64,000 nucleotides of DNA from an uncultured Nitrospiraceae bacterium (GCA_963706325.1 CAVPLT010000007.1:352001-416000), one strand, 5' to 3'. Shown: positions 54,019-64,000, counted from the stretch's first letter. A program made the numbers and translations. Notes: generated by a model not told the origin, from the letters alone.

Positions 54019-54093
54019 TGGAAACGGCAGCTGTCCTCCCCCAGAGGCGCTCCTGGCTGGAGCCGTTATCGATTCAGCATAGAAAGGCGACAG

Positions 54094-54603
54094 ATGAAGG
54101 CAGGTGCAGAAAGCGGACGGTCTCATCAGCTTGGCCTAGGATTGATCGCCGGGTTTCTCGGAACGGCAGCTATGACCGTGGCGATGGTTGCATTACATCG
54201 ACGATTGCCGCCGGAGCAGCAGGGCCCGCTTCCTCCCTATCACATTTCGATGGCGGTGGCGGAGCGCGTCGGCATCAAGCGGTATCTGAGTCCAAACAGT
54301 CGTTTTGCGACGACCCTGGCCTTGCACTTCGCCTATGGCAGCGCGGTCGGTTCGCTGTATTTCCCATTTGCTCGCCTGTTGCCTGGCCCATATCCGCTTA
54401 AAGGCCTTCTGTTCGGGGGGCTCGTCTGGACGGGGAGTTATCTGGGATGGCTGCCGGTGACCGGGCTCCTCACCCCTGCGACCAGGCACCCTGCTGGCCG
54501 CAACTGTCTCATGATCGCTGTACACCTCGTCTGGGGTAGCGTCATCGCCCTCGCGATTCAGCGCTTCATCCCTGCAAGGCATCCCACGATGGAGGTTAAG
54601 TAA
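54094..54603 (+). CDS. Membrane protein (DUF1440-like)
   Basis: AGAAAGG RBS; 'AGFLGTAAMT', 'HFAYGSAVG', 'SYLGWLP', 'HLVWG'. Confidence 0.7.
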   Translation: MKAGAESGRSHQLGLGLIAGFLGTAAMTVAMVALHRRLPPEQQGPLPPYHISMAVAERVGIKRYLSPNSRFATTLALHFAYGSAVGSLYFPFARLLPGPYPLKGLLFGGLVWTGSYLGWLPVTGLLTPATRHPAGRNCLMIAVHLVWGSVIALAIQRFIPARHPTMEVK

Positions 54604-54645
54604 CGGCCAGACAAACAGGAAAGCCGTGAGGACGCCTGATCATCC

Positions 54646-55428
54646 CTAGAATCGAGCCCCCAGCGATACCAGCGCAATGTTGTACCAGCCAAACGCGTAC
54701 GTGTCGTTATCCACGCCGCCCTCGAACACGCGATAGCCGGCGGAAACATACCAGGCATCGCTGAGGTCGTAGCGGATCTTGGCCGCTGCGTCGATCGCCC
54801 GCCCTTGTGTGCTGACAAGCCCATCGAAATCGATCAAAGCCGTCCAGCGTGGCGCGATCGCATATTCTACGCCGGCGCTGAGCAGCGGCACGAAGCCGAT
54901 ATTGCTGTCGGAGGCCACGCGTCCGGCTTGACGCAATTCCACCTTGGCATCACGAATGAAAGCCGTAGCGCCGATTCGCCACCGCCAACGGTCGGACTCG
55001 TAGAGTAGATATCGGTAGGTCAGTCGATAGCTATCGAACTTATAATCCGAATCGACGGGGCTACCTGGAGTAAACGTCCCGCCGGCAAAGCGCACCGGAG
55101 TGGCGAAACTACCGCTGCCAGAAAAACCAATCGGGGCATAGACGAACCGAAGCGCATGCCGATGGTTCACATTCCATGTCAACTCAACCCGGCGGTGAGC
55201 TTCTGGACCATTGCCTTGTAGGTCCGCCAGATTGAAACGCGTGCCGTCCGCACTATCAGGGATCTGTATTTGGTTGCGGGACTGCCAGATGGCCCCGGTT
55301 TCAAACTCCAATACAAACCGGCGATCCGAAGAACCTTCCCAGGCCCAAGCGGAGCCGCCTGCCATCATTGAGAGCGCCATCAGGCCTATGATCGACAGCG
55401 CCTGAAAGTGGATGCAGCAGCGAGACAG
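54646..55428 (-). CDS. Outer-membrane beta-barrel protein (probable CTG start at 55428; first ATG at 55380)
   Basis: Amphipathic strands, C-terminal 'SLGARF'; AGGAGG 6 nt upstream of an in-frame CTG. Confidence 0.75.
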   Translation of the reverse strand: MSRCCIHFQALSIIGLMALSMMAGGSAWAWEGSSDRRFVLEFETGAIWQSRNQIQIPDSADGTRFNLADLQGNGPEAHRRVELTWNVNHRHALRFVYAPIGFSGSGSFATPVRFAGGTFTPGSPVDSDYKFDSYRLTYRYLLYESDRWRWRIGATAFIRDAKVELRQAGRVASDSNIGFVPLLSAGVEYAIAPRWTALIDFDGLVSTQGRAIDAAAKIRYDLSDAWYVSAGYRVFEGGVDNDTYAFGWYNIALVSLGARF

Positions 55429-55514
55429 TGTTCACCTCCTCTTTAGCCATGAAGGTTGGCACCGAAAGTCACTTCTGCCACTTGGGCACTTCCCTAGTTG
55501 TCACAATTTTCCCG

Positions 55515-56453
55515 TCAAAATCCTACGGAGTCCTTCACTGGTTTGCGAGGCGGGACTGACCGCTGCGGTATTTTACAGATGGCACTGATGCCGGTGAACC
55601 ACTTGTCTTCATAGCGGTACACCCGGACTCCGGTCATGAGTTGACCGCTGGGACAGTCATGCCACTCGGTCCACCCGGGGCCATACACTCCCGCCTCGTC
55701 CTTGATGCAATTCGAGCGTGTAAATTCGCCTATTTGTCCGTGGAGCTCAACGTCGTCGGTCTCCGCTAGCAGACGGCCACCATGGACCTGCAGACCTTTG
55801 ATCTCCCATGACGTCGATGAATATGCCCCCTGCGGAAGGATGCCGGTATGTCCGCCACAGGCGCGGACGCCGCGCACGAACGTATCGGCAGAGTCGGGCA
55901 GTTGGGCTTGTTTGAAATCGACCAAGGTGGATAAGGGAAATGATCTGCATTTATCGAGTTCGAACTGTGCCAGCTTTCTATTCGCCGATTCAAAGGCTGG
56001 GTCAACCATTCGTCCCCACAGGGTGAGCAGGCAGGGATTATTCCCCTTCTCTTGGATCCCGATGCTGTTGATCGCGTAGTAACCGGCTGGGTTCGGCAAC
56101 GAGACGCCATCACCGACCTCCACCACGTTCGAGCCGGTTCCCGGCGACCCCGTCAGACCCGGACCGCTAGCCGGGAGTCTGATTGAGCCGTCGGTCGGGC
56201 TCGGGACGGGGACGACCATTTGAATCAGCGTGTTTGCCCGTTCATCGATGGAGATGGTGACATTGGATCCAGCCTTTGCCCAGAACCCGTCCACCATGAC
56301 GACGCTTCGCTGGTGGCCGAAGGTCTTCGCGACGCCCGGCTCCACGACTTCGTTGAGGGGTAATTGGAGCTCGCTGTTTTTTGCGGACGTTTCCGTGGAT
56401 GCCGCCATGGCGAGGACGAGAGCCGTGATCATAGTTGTGAGCAGGCCGTTCAT
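55515..56453 (-). CDS. Secreted Cys-containing protein with beta-prism/lectin-like C-terminal motif
   Basis: Signal peptide; 'WTEWHDCPSGQLMTGVRV...GISAICK'; ATGA overlap with the upstream gene. Confidence 0.65.
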   Translation of the reverse strand: MNGLLTTMITALVLAMAASTETSAKNSELQLPLNEVVEPGVAKTFGHQRSVVMVDGFWAKAGSNVTISIDERANTLIQMVVPVPSPTDGSIRLPASGPGLTGSPGTGSNVVEVGDGVSLPNPAGYYAINSIGIQEKGNNPCLLTLWGRMVDPAFESANRKLAQFELDKCRSFPLSTLVDFKQAQLPDSADTFVRGVRACGGHTGILPQGAYSSTSWEIKGLQVHGGRLLAETDDVELHGQIGEFTRSNCIKDEAGVYGPGWTEWHDCPSGQLMTGVRVYRYEDKWFTGISAICKIPQRSVPPRKPVKDSVGF

Positions 56454-57253
56454 CGTCCGATCCTTTCTCCCTCGCGTGGGCTGAATGGTGATCGGGCGGT
56501 CGTGGGCGTGGGAGGCGCATGCTCCTGCTCCAGTTGCCTCACCTTACTGCTCAAGGCCTCAAGATCATTTTTTTGCTCGATCACATACAGGGTCAGCTCT
56601 TCAATTTTCGCCAGCAAGGTCGATTGCATCCGGCCGAGATCGATACCACGCTCCGCCACGTCGGTCGCGCTGGGGAGGTCCGGCAAATGATGGTTGTCGC
56701 GAATAAACGCTTCGACCTCGGGCAGGCTCTTCAACCGATAGCCCGGCTCGAACACATAGTCGGCCCAATCCTTGATCAATTTGATGCGAACTTCCTCGGC
56801 CAAGACTTTGCCGCCCACCAACAGCGTGTAGTCGTTGGGCCTTGGCATCTCGTTGATGTTGACCACTCCGATGGCGGCGCTTCGATGCACGGCGAAGTCC
56901 AAGTCGGCGGGCAGGATGCCGGCCTTGCTCCTGGCCCCGCCGGCGTAGGCGCGTCTTGTGTCCACCTCAAACTTCGGACTCGTTTCACCCTTGTACATCA
57001 TATTGGCGCTGAACAACCCATCGTCCTGATCGTTTGACGAGGCGAGAGGCCTGGTCACTTCGATCATGGCCCTCGGATCGTCTCTTCGCTGAGGCTCCTC
57101 CCCAACCGCCACGTTGCCTGGCCTCCAAATCGTACCCTTCGGATTCGTTGCGCCGTTCCATTGTTGCGCGTGAGTCACCGTGCTAAGCACAGTCAGTATG
57201 CCGGTGACGAGCGTGCAAATTACGAAGCCCGTGCGGATCATTTTGTCCTCCAT
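56450..57253 (-). CDS. Secreted protein with tail-fibre-type chaperone (peptidase S74-like)/coiled-coil C-terminus
   Basis: Signal peptide ending 'THA-QQW'; 'WADYVFEPGYRLKSLPEVEAFIRDNHHLPDLPSA..LLAKIEELTLYVI'. Confidence 0.75.
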   Translation of the reverse strand: MEDKMIRTGFVICTLVTGILTVLSTVTHAQQWNGATNPKGTIWRPGNVAVGEEPQRRDDPRAMIEVTRPLASSNDQDDGLFSANMMYKGETSPKFEVDTRRAYAGGARSKAGILPADLDFAVHRSAAIGVVNINEMPRPNDYTLLVGGKVLAEEVRIKLIKDWADYVFEPGYRLKSLPEVEAFIRDNHHLPDLPSATDVAERGIDLGRMQSTLLAKIEELTLYVIEQKNDLEALSSKVRQLEQEHAPPTPTTARSPFSPREGERIGR

Positions 57254-57379
57254 GTGTGAAAGATTCGATCACGGCGCATTGTACGGCTGATTCGTCGGGG
57301 CGGATGGTCGATTCCTTGTCCATCGAAATCATTCGAGCCTAGACGTACGTGTTGCACCAGCCTGCCTTGTCACTACGTA

Positions 57380-57395
57380 AGCAAGGAATCTGCCG
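57380..57395 (-). promoter_or_regulatory. Putative sigma54 promoter
   Basis: Minus strand CGGCAGATTCCTTGCT = GG-N10-GC with TTGCT, about 130 bp upstream of 57253. Confidence 0.6.
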
Positions 57396-57692
57396 TGACG
57401 AGCGATCTGTTCAGATCTCAATACGGGAGCCACAAACATCGGGAGCATTGCGGCCTGTGCGGGTGCGGCTTGTATCCCTTTCGATACCCCATTTACCGAC
57501 GAGATACATCGCGTGAATTAGCTGAGCGATATGGTGTATTTTGGAACAGGTGCTGAAGCGTGCATGCATCTAACTGGGTTTCCGGTCGCTCGCCGCGATA
57601 GGATAGTATCCGTTTCTTTACCATGGACCCGAGATTGATGAGCGTGGCAAGGTTGACGATTGGATCACCGAATGATTGATGGAGGAACGCAT

Positions 57693-58487
57693 ATGCAGTC
57701 GTTGCGCGTCGTGATGGTGTTGTCGGCTTGGTGTTGGTTTGCCTCGGTGGCGGATGCGGAGGTACGCACCCGCGAGGTCGAGTATACACAGGGTGAGACG
57801 GTGTTACAGGGGCTCATCGCGTGGGATGATGCCGTGCAGGGCCGTCGGCCTGGTGTCCTCGTGGTTCACGAGTGGTGGGGGCATAACGACCATGCGCGTG
57901 CTCAGGCGAAACGTCTCGCTGCGGCTGGGTACGTCGGCTTTGCGCTGGATATGTTCGGGAAGGGCAAGGTAACGACCCATCCGAAGGAGGCTCAGGCGTT
58001 CATGGCCGAAGCTAAAAAAGATCCGGTCGTGCTCACGGCGCGTTTTCGCGCAGCGTTGGAGCAGCTCAAGCAAGATTCGCATGTGGATGGAGAACAGATC
58101 GCCGCAATCGGGTACTGCTTTGGCGGTTCTGTGGTGTTGGATCAGGCACGGTCGGGTTCCGATCTGGATGGAGTGGTCAGTTTCCACGGCATGCTTGCTA
58201 CGAAGACTCCCGCGGAACTGGGGAAGGTAAGAGCGAAAATCCTGGTGCTCACCGGAGCGGTCGATCCATTTGTCCCGGCGGAGCAGGTGGAAGCGTTCAC
58301 GCAAGAAATGAAGGCGGCCGATGCGAAATTCCAGGTGGTGACATTTTTAAATGCCAAACATGGATTCACCAATCCGGATGCGGGCAAGGCGGGGTTAGAT
58401 GCGCTGGAGTACAACGCGGAGGTCGATAATAAGTCATGGGTAGCGATGCTGGGGTTCTTTAAGGAAGTCTTTCCGGCGTTTCATTGA
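57693..58487 (+). CDS. Dienelactone hydrolase family protein (secreted)
   Basis: 'VVHEWWGHN', 'IGYCFGG', 'HGFTNP'; GGAGG RBS. Confidence 0.92.
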   Translation: MQSLRVVMVLSAWCWFASVADAEVRTREVEYTQGETVLQGLIAWDDAVQGRRPGVLVVHEWWGHNDHARAQAKRLAAAGYVGFALDMFGKGKVTTHPKEAQAFMAEAKKDPVVLTARFRAALEQLKQDSHVDGEQIAAIGYCFGGSVVLDQARSGSDLDGVVSFHGMLATKTPAELGKVRAKILVLTGAVDPFVPAEQVEAFTQEMKAADAKFQVVTFLNAKHGFTNPDAGKAGLDALEYNAEVDNKSWVAMLGFFKEVFPAFH

Positions 58488-58505
58488 CCTGTATCGTCTG
58501 GAGGT

Positions 58506-58576
58506 ATCTGGCGAGCCCAGGGGCGAGCTTCATCACCGGCGCCAGCTTAGCCATCGACGGCGGCTATGCCGCCTGA
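58506..58576 (+). pseudogene. C-terminal remnant of an SDR gene
   Basis: 'YLASP' then, frameshifted, 'ASFITGASLAIDGGYAA*', a classic SDR C-terminus. Confidence 0.6.
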
Positions 58577-58643
58577 TCAGGCTAGCTTCCACGCAGATGC
58601 TCTTCTCCCTTGCACCGGCAATCCAGCTTGAGAGAATCGATCG

Positions 58644-59897
58644 ATGTCCGAGAACTCCCTCTCACCATCGCCTGAAGTTGTGGAGCAGGTCTATCGATCT
58701 GAGTCCCGCCAAGTGCTCGCCACCTTGATCCGCCTGCTGGGAGATTTTGATACCGCAGAGGAAGCATTGCACGATGCCTTTGCCGTGGCGGTCGAACAAT
58801 GGCCGCGCGATGGCATGCCTGCCAACCCCCGCGCGTGGCTCGTGTCCACCGGCCGGTTCAAGGCCATTGATGGTATGCGGCGGCGCGCGCGATTCAATGC
58901 ATCACTGGCGGAACTCGCCCGGCAACTGGAAACCAGCGCGAACGACGCGGAAGAACAAGCCGACGAGACCGTCGAGGACGACCGGTTGAGGCTGGTGTTT
59001 ACATGCTGCCATCCGACCCTGGCGCCCGAGGCCCAGGTGGCAATGACCTTGCGAGAGGTCTGTGGACTCACCACTGATGAAATCGCGCGAGCCTTCCTCA
59101 CCAAACCGCCTACGATCGCGCAACGCATCGTGCGCGCCAAGGCCAAGATTCGCGATGCAGGCATTCCTTACGAGGTGCCGGCTGAAGCGGAATTACCGGA
59201 TCGCCTCGATGCCGTCCTGCGGGTCGTCTACCTGGTCTTCAATGAGGGATACTCCGCGTCATCCGGCGAATCGCTGACCAGGCATGATCTATCGGGCGAA
59301 GCCATCCGCCTTGGACGATTACTCATGCATCTGCTCCCTGACCCCGAGGCTCTAGGCCTGGTAGCCCTCATGCTGTTGCATGATTCCCGGCGCGCCGCGC
59401 GCACGTCCTCAACGGGAGACCTCATTCTTATGGAAGATCAGGACCGGACGCTCTGGAACCGTGAGCAGATAGCCGAAGGCGCGGCGCTTGTGAAACGAGC
59501 ATTAGCGTCGCAACCGGTTGGACCGTATACGATTCAGGCGGCGATTGCGTCGGTGCATGCCCAGGCGCCTAGCTCTGCCGCGACGGAGTGGAGTCAAATT
59601 GTGGGTCTGTATGACCTACTGATGCAGGCTACGCCATCGCCAGTCATCGGGTTAAACCGTGCCGCAGCCGTCGCCATGCGTGACGGTCCGTCGGCTGGAC
59701 TCGCCCTCATCGATGCCATCCTCGATGGGGGTGACTTGACGACGTATCATCTCGCGCATGCCGCGCGCGCCGATCTCTGCCGGAGGTTGCGGCGTAACGG
59801 CGAAGCCCGCTCTTCCTACGAACGGGCTTTGAGCCTCACGCAACAAGAGCCGGAGCGGAGATTTTTGAGAAGGAGGTTGGCAGACCTGAAAGAGTGA
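58644..59897 (+). CDS. ECF sigma factor with C-terminal TPR extension (ECF42 type)
   Basis: '[13 protein letters not shown]', '[12 protein letters not shown]', 'VYLVFNEGY', '[10 protein letters not shown]'; 417 aa. Confidence 0.92.
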   Translation: MSENSLSPSPEVVEQVYRSESRQVLATLIRLLGDFDTAEEALHDAFAVAVEQWPRDGMPANPRAWLVSTGRFKAIDGMRRRARFNASLAELARQLETSANDAEEQADETVEDDRLRLVFTCCHPTLAPEAQVAMTLREVCGLTTDEIARAFLTKPPTIAQRIVRAKAKIRDAGIPYEVPAEAELPDRLDAVLRVVYLVFNEGYSASSGESLTRHDLSGEAIRLGRLLMHLLPDPEALGLVALMLLHDSRRAARTSSTGDLILMEDQDRTLWNREQIAEGAALVKRALASQPVGPYTIQAAIASVHAQAPSSAATEWSQIVGLYDLLMQATPSPVIGLNRAAAVAMRDGPSAGLALIDAILDGGDLTTYHLAHAARADLCRRLRRNGEARSSYERALSLTQQEPERRFLRRRLADLKE

Positions 59898-60351
59898 TGG
59901 GGTGACGCTTGTGGAGACAGGCTATTTTTAGTGGTGAGCAGGCGAAGCGGCCTTGAGGCATGGTCGTTTGAATGATGTGTCTAGTCCTTAGCGCTGGCAT
60001 GTCTGCGGTTGTTGGGAATTCCGGCTGCATTCACGCAGAACCCTGAGCATAAATCTTCTCCCTCTATCTGGTCAGTCGTCAGCGGGTTTTCGATAGTATT
60101 CATGCATGGACGGATGATGAGGTCGTCGCATCTGTTCTGGCCGAAGATGCGCACCCTCAAACCCCTCCTCGAAGAATCGGAGCAATTCCTGCGGGTGATG
60201 ATCGAGACGACCGCCTATTAGCCGTGTCAATAGCTTTCTAGAAGATGTCGCCAGTAAACGAATCGCATTCAACTCGACGACATCCTGAATCACACACAGA
60301 TGAGCCGACGTCTCATCCATTCCCGAGGCATGGCGGAATCGCGTCTAGCCA

Positions 60352-60741
60352 TCAGCATTGAATATTCAGGGCCGGGTCGCAGAAGAGCGGCCCGACTGTC
60401 GGGGGTCGCATGTAGCCGGCGCTGGGATCTCGCGCACCCACCGGAGCGTTTATCGGTGGGCCTCCTTGCATGCCAGGTAGACCACGGCCTGCACTAGTAA
60501 AGGGGGCCGGAGTCGCCCGTACGCCGGGATTTGGTGCCAGTTGCGAAGTAGTGGAGGGAGTCAACACATTCGCCGGCAGCCCGCTTGTCGGTGCAGAGGA
60601 TGGTTGGATGGGGGAAATGGAACCGGGAGATTGAGCCTGTGGCTGAAGCGTGCCGGGCACGGTCTGAGAGAATACGGTTGGGCTGAATGTAAGTTGGCTG
60701 ACGCATCCATACAACAGCAGGATGAGGAATCGGACCCACAT
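60352..60741 (-). CDS. Small secreted Pro-rich protein
   Basis: Signal peptide, low-complexity P/S/T/G body, 'CDPALNIQC' end. Confidence 0.6.
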   Translation of the reverse strand: MWVRFLILLLYGCVSQLTFSPTVFSQTVPGTLQPQAQSPGSISPIQPSSAPTSGLPANVLTPSTTSQLAPNPGVRATPAPFTSAGRGLPGMQGGPPINAPVGARDPSAGYMRPPTVGPLFCDPALNIQC

Positions 60742-60859
60742 ACTTCCTGTATCTCAGGGTTGAGAGCCGTTTACAGCTAGGATTTCCCCTCGTCCAGGGG
60801 GGCTTTTGATTCCGCCAGGGTGTGACTGTGGAATGCGGCCTCGTCATCCTACTGGCGGG

Positions 60860-61648
60860 TCAGATGATGGTGCGCACAAGCCCGCCCTCGGCGCGGATGC
60901 AGGACCCGTTGATGACCGAAGCACGCGCGCTGCACATGAAGGCGACGATGTCTCCGATTTCCCGTGGGTCGATGAGGCGGCCGATGAGTGACGACGGGCG
61001 ATTCTCCGCGATGAATCGACGTTCAGCCTCTGTCTGAGCAAGACCGGGAAAGACATCCTGAATGAACTTCTCCACGCCTTCCGTACGCGTGGGACCTGGG
61101 AGGACGGAGTTCACCGTCACCTTTGTGCCTTTGGTGAGTTCGGCGAGAGATCGAGCGATTCCCAACTGCATCGTTTTGGTGGCGCTGTAGTGAGCCATCT
61201 CCGGCGCGGGGGAAACCCCCGATTCGCTCGAAATGAACACAATCCGCCCATGACCCCGTTTCAGCATTCCTTTGAGATAATGTCGAGCCAGACGCACGCC
61301 GCTCATGATATTAATTTCGAACATCTTCTGCCAGGCTTCATCCGTTTCATCAAAAAATCCGATGGCTTCGTAGATGCCGAGGTTATTCACTAAAATATCA
61401 ACAGCGGGCCACATCGAGACGGTCTTCTCACATCCTGTGGCATTTCCGTTATCGGACGCCAATTCCTCTAGAGCGGCGCCGGGCAAGTCCCGGCGGAGTT
61501 CGGCCAATGCGTGGTTGACGCTGTCTTGCGTGCGGCCATTGATGATGACTTTTGCGCCCTCGGCAGCCAGCGAGCGGGCGATAGCCAGCCCAATGCCACC
61601 GGAGGAAGCGGTCACCAATGCGGTCTTGCCACTCAAGTCCAAGTTCAT
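60860..61648 (-). CDS. SDR-family oxidoreductase
   Basis: '[11 protein letters not shown]', 'LVNNLG', YxxxK 'YSATK'. Confidence 0.92.
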   Translation of the reverse strand: MNLDLSGKTALVTASSGGIGLAIARSLAAEGAKVIINGRTQDSVNHALAELRRDLPGAALEELASDNGNATGCEKTVSMWPAVDILVNNLGIYEAIGFFDETDEAWQKMFEINIMSGVRLARHYLKGMLKRGHGRIVFISSESGVSPAPEMAHYSATKTMQLGIARSLAELTKGTKVTVNSVLPGPTRTEGVEKFIQDVFPGLAQTEAERRFIAENRPSSLIGRLIDPREIGDIVAFMCSARASVINGSCIRAEGGLVRTII

Positions 61649-62036
61649 GAAGCGAGGCTCCTCACCTTGAATGGTTCGTCTGTATACGAGGGGCTCAACA
61701 GTGCCAAAACCTATGCTGCGCTTCAGTTAAGTTGGTTGCAAGAGGCCTTAGGGGCCATGCGGAGTTGTGGGTCTCAGCCAGGGCCTCTGCCAGAGACTGT
61801 GGTGAAGGGCACAAGTCTATAGGCCCCCACGAGCTGGCCTTGAGCCAGATGGAGCGAGAAACCGAAGCGAAGATTTGGGCAGGCCCGAATTATCCGGCAA
61901 GGCTTCCGGATGCAGGCGGTTAGTTGGCGTCTCCCACATCTCGCCCCTCCACATTTGGCACATTGCTGATTTCTGTGCGAAAAATCAGTTACTTGTACCC
62001 CCTTGTCAATTTCCCCATTCGGAAGAATGAAGCCAA

Positions 62037-62064
62037 TGTCGATTTTGCCCGAGTCCGACGACTA
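62037..62064 (+). promoter_or_regulatory. ECF42-type promoter TGTCGA-N16-CGACTA
   Basis: Exact motif upstream of the VOC-YCII-YCII genes; recurs twice more. Confidence 0.75.
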
Positions 62065-62100
62065 TCTTCTGTCAGTAGGAACTTGAGGAGGGAGGATGTC

Positions 62101-62511
62101 ATGGCAACGGGGATTAAAAAGAGAGCAGTTAAGAAACCACAGGCGGCCAGTATCGTCTGGTTTGAGGTGCCTGCCGACGATCTCGGCCGGGCGAAGACAT
62201 TTTATGGCTCGTTGTTCGGCTGGAGTTTCGCAAAAATTCCTGCCGCTATCGACGACTATTGGCACATTGACACCGGTGGCAAAGATGCGACGCCTGACGG
62301 CGGGTTGATGCCGCGCATGCATCCGAAACAATCCATCACCAACTACGTCGGCGTGCCGTCGGTGACTGTTGCGATGAAGAAGGTCGATAAACTCGGCGGA
62401 ACGGTGTGCACGTCAAAGACGGCGGTGCCGCGCATGGGTTATTTCGCAATCTGTCAGGACACGGAGGGCAATACGTTTGCCTTGTGGGAGATGAACGAGC
62501 GCGCCAAGTGA
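62101..62511 (+). CDS. VOC/glyoxalase-family protein
   Basis: 'IVWFEVPADD..FYGSLFGW', 'DTEGNTFALWE'; GGAGG RBS. Confidence 0.88.
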   Translation: MATGIKKRAVKKPQAASIVWFEVPADDLGRAKTFYGSLFGWSFAKIPAAIDDYWHIDTGGKDATPDGGLMPRMHPKQSITNYVGVPSVTVAMKKVDKLGGTVCTSKTAVPRMGYFAICQDTEGNTFALWEMNERAK

Positions 62512-62542
62512 GGCTGCTGCAGAAGGAGAGAGGGGAGTTGCC

Positions 62543-62899
62543 ATGAAATATCTCTGCCTGGTGTATGTGGAAGAAAAGACGTTGAATGCTCTGTCCCGTG
62601 ATGAGCGGGTCGCATTGTCGGATCAGTCCATAAGCTACTGTGATGAATTGCAGAAAAACGGCCAACTCCTTGGCGCCTCGCCTCTTCATCCGGTAGAGAC
62701 CGCGACGACTGTGCGGGTGCGTGGTGGACAAGTCTCGATGACCGACGGGCCTTTCGCAGAAACGAAGGAACAGTTGGGCGGGTACCTATTGATCGATGTC
62801 CGAGACCTCAATGACGCCGTCCGGATCGCCTCGAAGTTTCCCGCCGCTCAGTACGGCAGTGTCGAAGTGCGGCCGCTTAAAGAGGGCGGTTGTGCCTGA
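62543..62899 (+). CDS. YCII-related (DGPF) protein
   Basis: 'TDGPFAETKEQLGGY', 'VEVRP'. Confidence 0.9.
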   Translation: MKYLCLVYVEEKTLNALSRDERVALSDQSISYCDELQKNGQLLGASPLHPVETATTVRVRGGQVSMTDGPFAETKEQLGGYLLIDVRDLNDAVRIASKFPAAQYGSVEVRPLKEGGCA

Positions 62900-62949
62900 T
62901 GGTCAGTGTATAGAGGCAATGCATTGACGACCCTTGAAGGAGGCGCGGC

Positions 62950-63312
62950 ATGAAATTCATATTGCTGGTTCATCACGACGAGTCGGCATTCGAGCAGATG
63001 AGTGAGGAGGCACAGGGTGGATTACTGGCGGAGTCGCTCCGGCTCTGTCACCAATTGGATGCGAAGGGGGAGTATCTGCATGCCTCTCCGGTTCATCCTG
63101 CTGCAACAGCGACCCTTGTGCGGATGCGAGAGGGCAAGGCGATCGTGACCGATGGCCCGTTCATTGAAACGCGAGAGCAAATGGCGGGCTATTTTCTGAT
63201 CGAAGCGAAGGATCTCGAGGAAGCCACCGCCATCGCTACCCAGGTTCCGGGGGCACGCATCGGAACCGTCGAGGTTCGGCCGTTAATCGAAGTCATCGGC
63301 CTGCCGGAATAA
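62950..63312 (+). CDS. YCII-related (DGPF) protein
   Basis: 'TDGPFIETREQMAGY', 'VEVRP'. Confidence 0.9.
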   Translation: MKFILLVHHDESAFEQMSEEAQGGLLAESLRLCHQLDAKGEYLHASPVHPAATATLVRMREGKAIVTDGPFIETREQMAGYFLIEAKDLEEATAIATQVPGARIGTVEVRPLIEVIGLPE

Positions 63313-63324
63313 GCACTCTATCCA

Positions 63325-63352
63325 TGTCGATTCGAGGCTTCTCGTTCGACTA
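63325..63352 (+). promoter_or_regulatory. ECF42-type promoter TGTCGA-N16-CGACTA
   Basis: Exact motif 13 nt after the second YCII gene. Confidence 0.7.
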
Positions 63353-63486
63353 ACCGAGAGAGCCGTGCATACAACACGTCTCACGAAGGACAGACTGTGC
63401 ACATCATCAGCCTTTTCTGTGGTTCGACGACCAGGCCAAGAGGCAGCCAAATCTTATGTGTCAATTTTTGTCGCCTGTCCAGCGCC

Positions 63487-63514
63487 TGTCGAATTCGGAG
63501 CCATCGTGCGACTA
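63487..63514 (+). promoter_or_regulatory. ECF42-type promoter TGTCGA-N16-CGACTA
   Basis: Exact motif upstream of the VOC gene at 63581. Confidence 0.72.
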
Positions 63515-63580
63515 ATAGGCAGTGGACGGATCGAGCCCTTGCGAGAGGAGATCACCAATTGAAGCTTGAAAGGAGACGTT

Positions 63581-63982
63581 GTGGCCACCAAGATCTTCGT
63601 CAATTTGCCGGTCAATGATCTGCAAAAATCTATCGAGTTTTTCACTAAACTCGGCTTCACGTTCAATCCGCAGTTCACCGACGCCACGGGCACCTGCATG
63701 GTGGTGTCAGAGGACATTTTCGTGATGTTGCTCACAGAGGCGAAGTTTAAGACGTTCACGCCCAAAGCAATCTGTGATGCGACGAAGAACACGGAAGTAC
63801 TCGTCTGTCTGTCGCGCGAAAGCCGGGTCGACGTGGATGCGATGGTGCGCGATGCCATTCGCGCCGGTGGGACGACTTACAATCAACCGCAAGATCACGG
63901 GTTCATGTATGCGCACGGATTTCAAGATCTCGATGGGCACATTTGGGAATTGATCTTCATGGAGCCGGGCGCGGTCCAGTAA
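63581..63982 (+). CDS. VOC/glyoxalase-family protein
   Basis: 'IFVNLPVNDLQKSIEFF', 'FQDLDGHIWEL'; GTG start after AAGGAG. Confidence 0.88.
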   Translation: MATKIFVNLPVNDLQKSIEFFTKLGFTFNPQFTDATGTCMVVSEDIFVMLLTEAKFKTFTPKAICDATKNTEVLVCLSRESRVDVDAMVRDAIRAGGTTYNQPQDHGFMYAHGFQDLDGHIWELIFMEPGAVQ

Positions 63983-64000
63983 GATTCACAAGCCGGGGCA

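Noticed and set aside
53644..54603. 319-aa hydrolase/membrane-protein fusion
   Set aside because: Chance in-frame join of a hydrolase remnant to a gene with its own RBS and ATG at 54094.
56450..57253. Prophage
   Set aside because: The tail-fibre-like gene has a signal peptide and there are no capsid, terminase or integrase genes nearby.
59900..60350. Short ORFs between the ECF sigma and the Pro-rich gene
   Set aside because: No supportable family assignment.

Overview
Bacterial chromosomal window, visually about 58-60% GC, with almost all genes on the + strand. The gene repertoire suggests Nitrospira/Nitrospirota, but this is an inference. From left to right it holds: an MdtABC-type RND pump; a FecI/FecR/TonB-receptor module with a DUF3526-type ABC system whose second permease is fused to a PepSY module; a sensor kinase plus sigma54 response regulator; and a giant 1627-aa MnxG-like multicopper oxidase. 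Next come small secreted proteins, DsbA, an internally deleted acetate kinase beside an intact phosphoketolase, a triple-GAF FhlA-like activator, a TetR/HlyD/ABC cassette and a second RND pump. The right part has several pseudogenes, a sigma54-type operon of secreted proteins, and an ECF42-type sigma factor with YCII/VOC genes and three matching promoter motifs. The most striking unexplained structure is the 20.73-21.30 kb intergenic region upstream of the oxidase. It contains two ATGGG-N10-CCCAT palindromes, a -24/-12 promoter, and a tandem pair of structured, GGA-rich RNA-like units (100-nt period, stem pairing preserved despite sequence changes) that match no riboswitch I recognise. I saw no rRNA, tRNA, CRISPR array, integrase or transposase.
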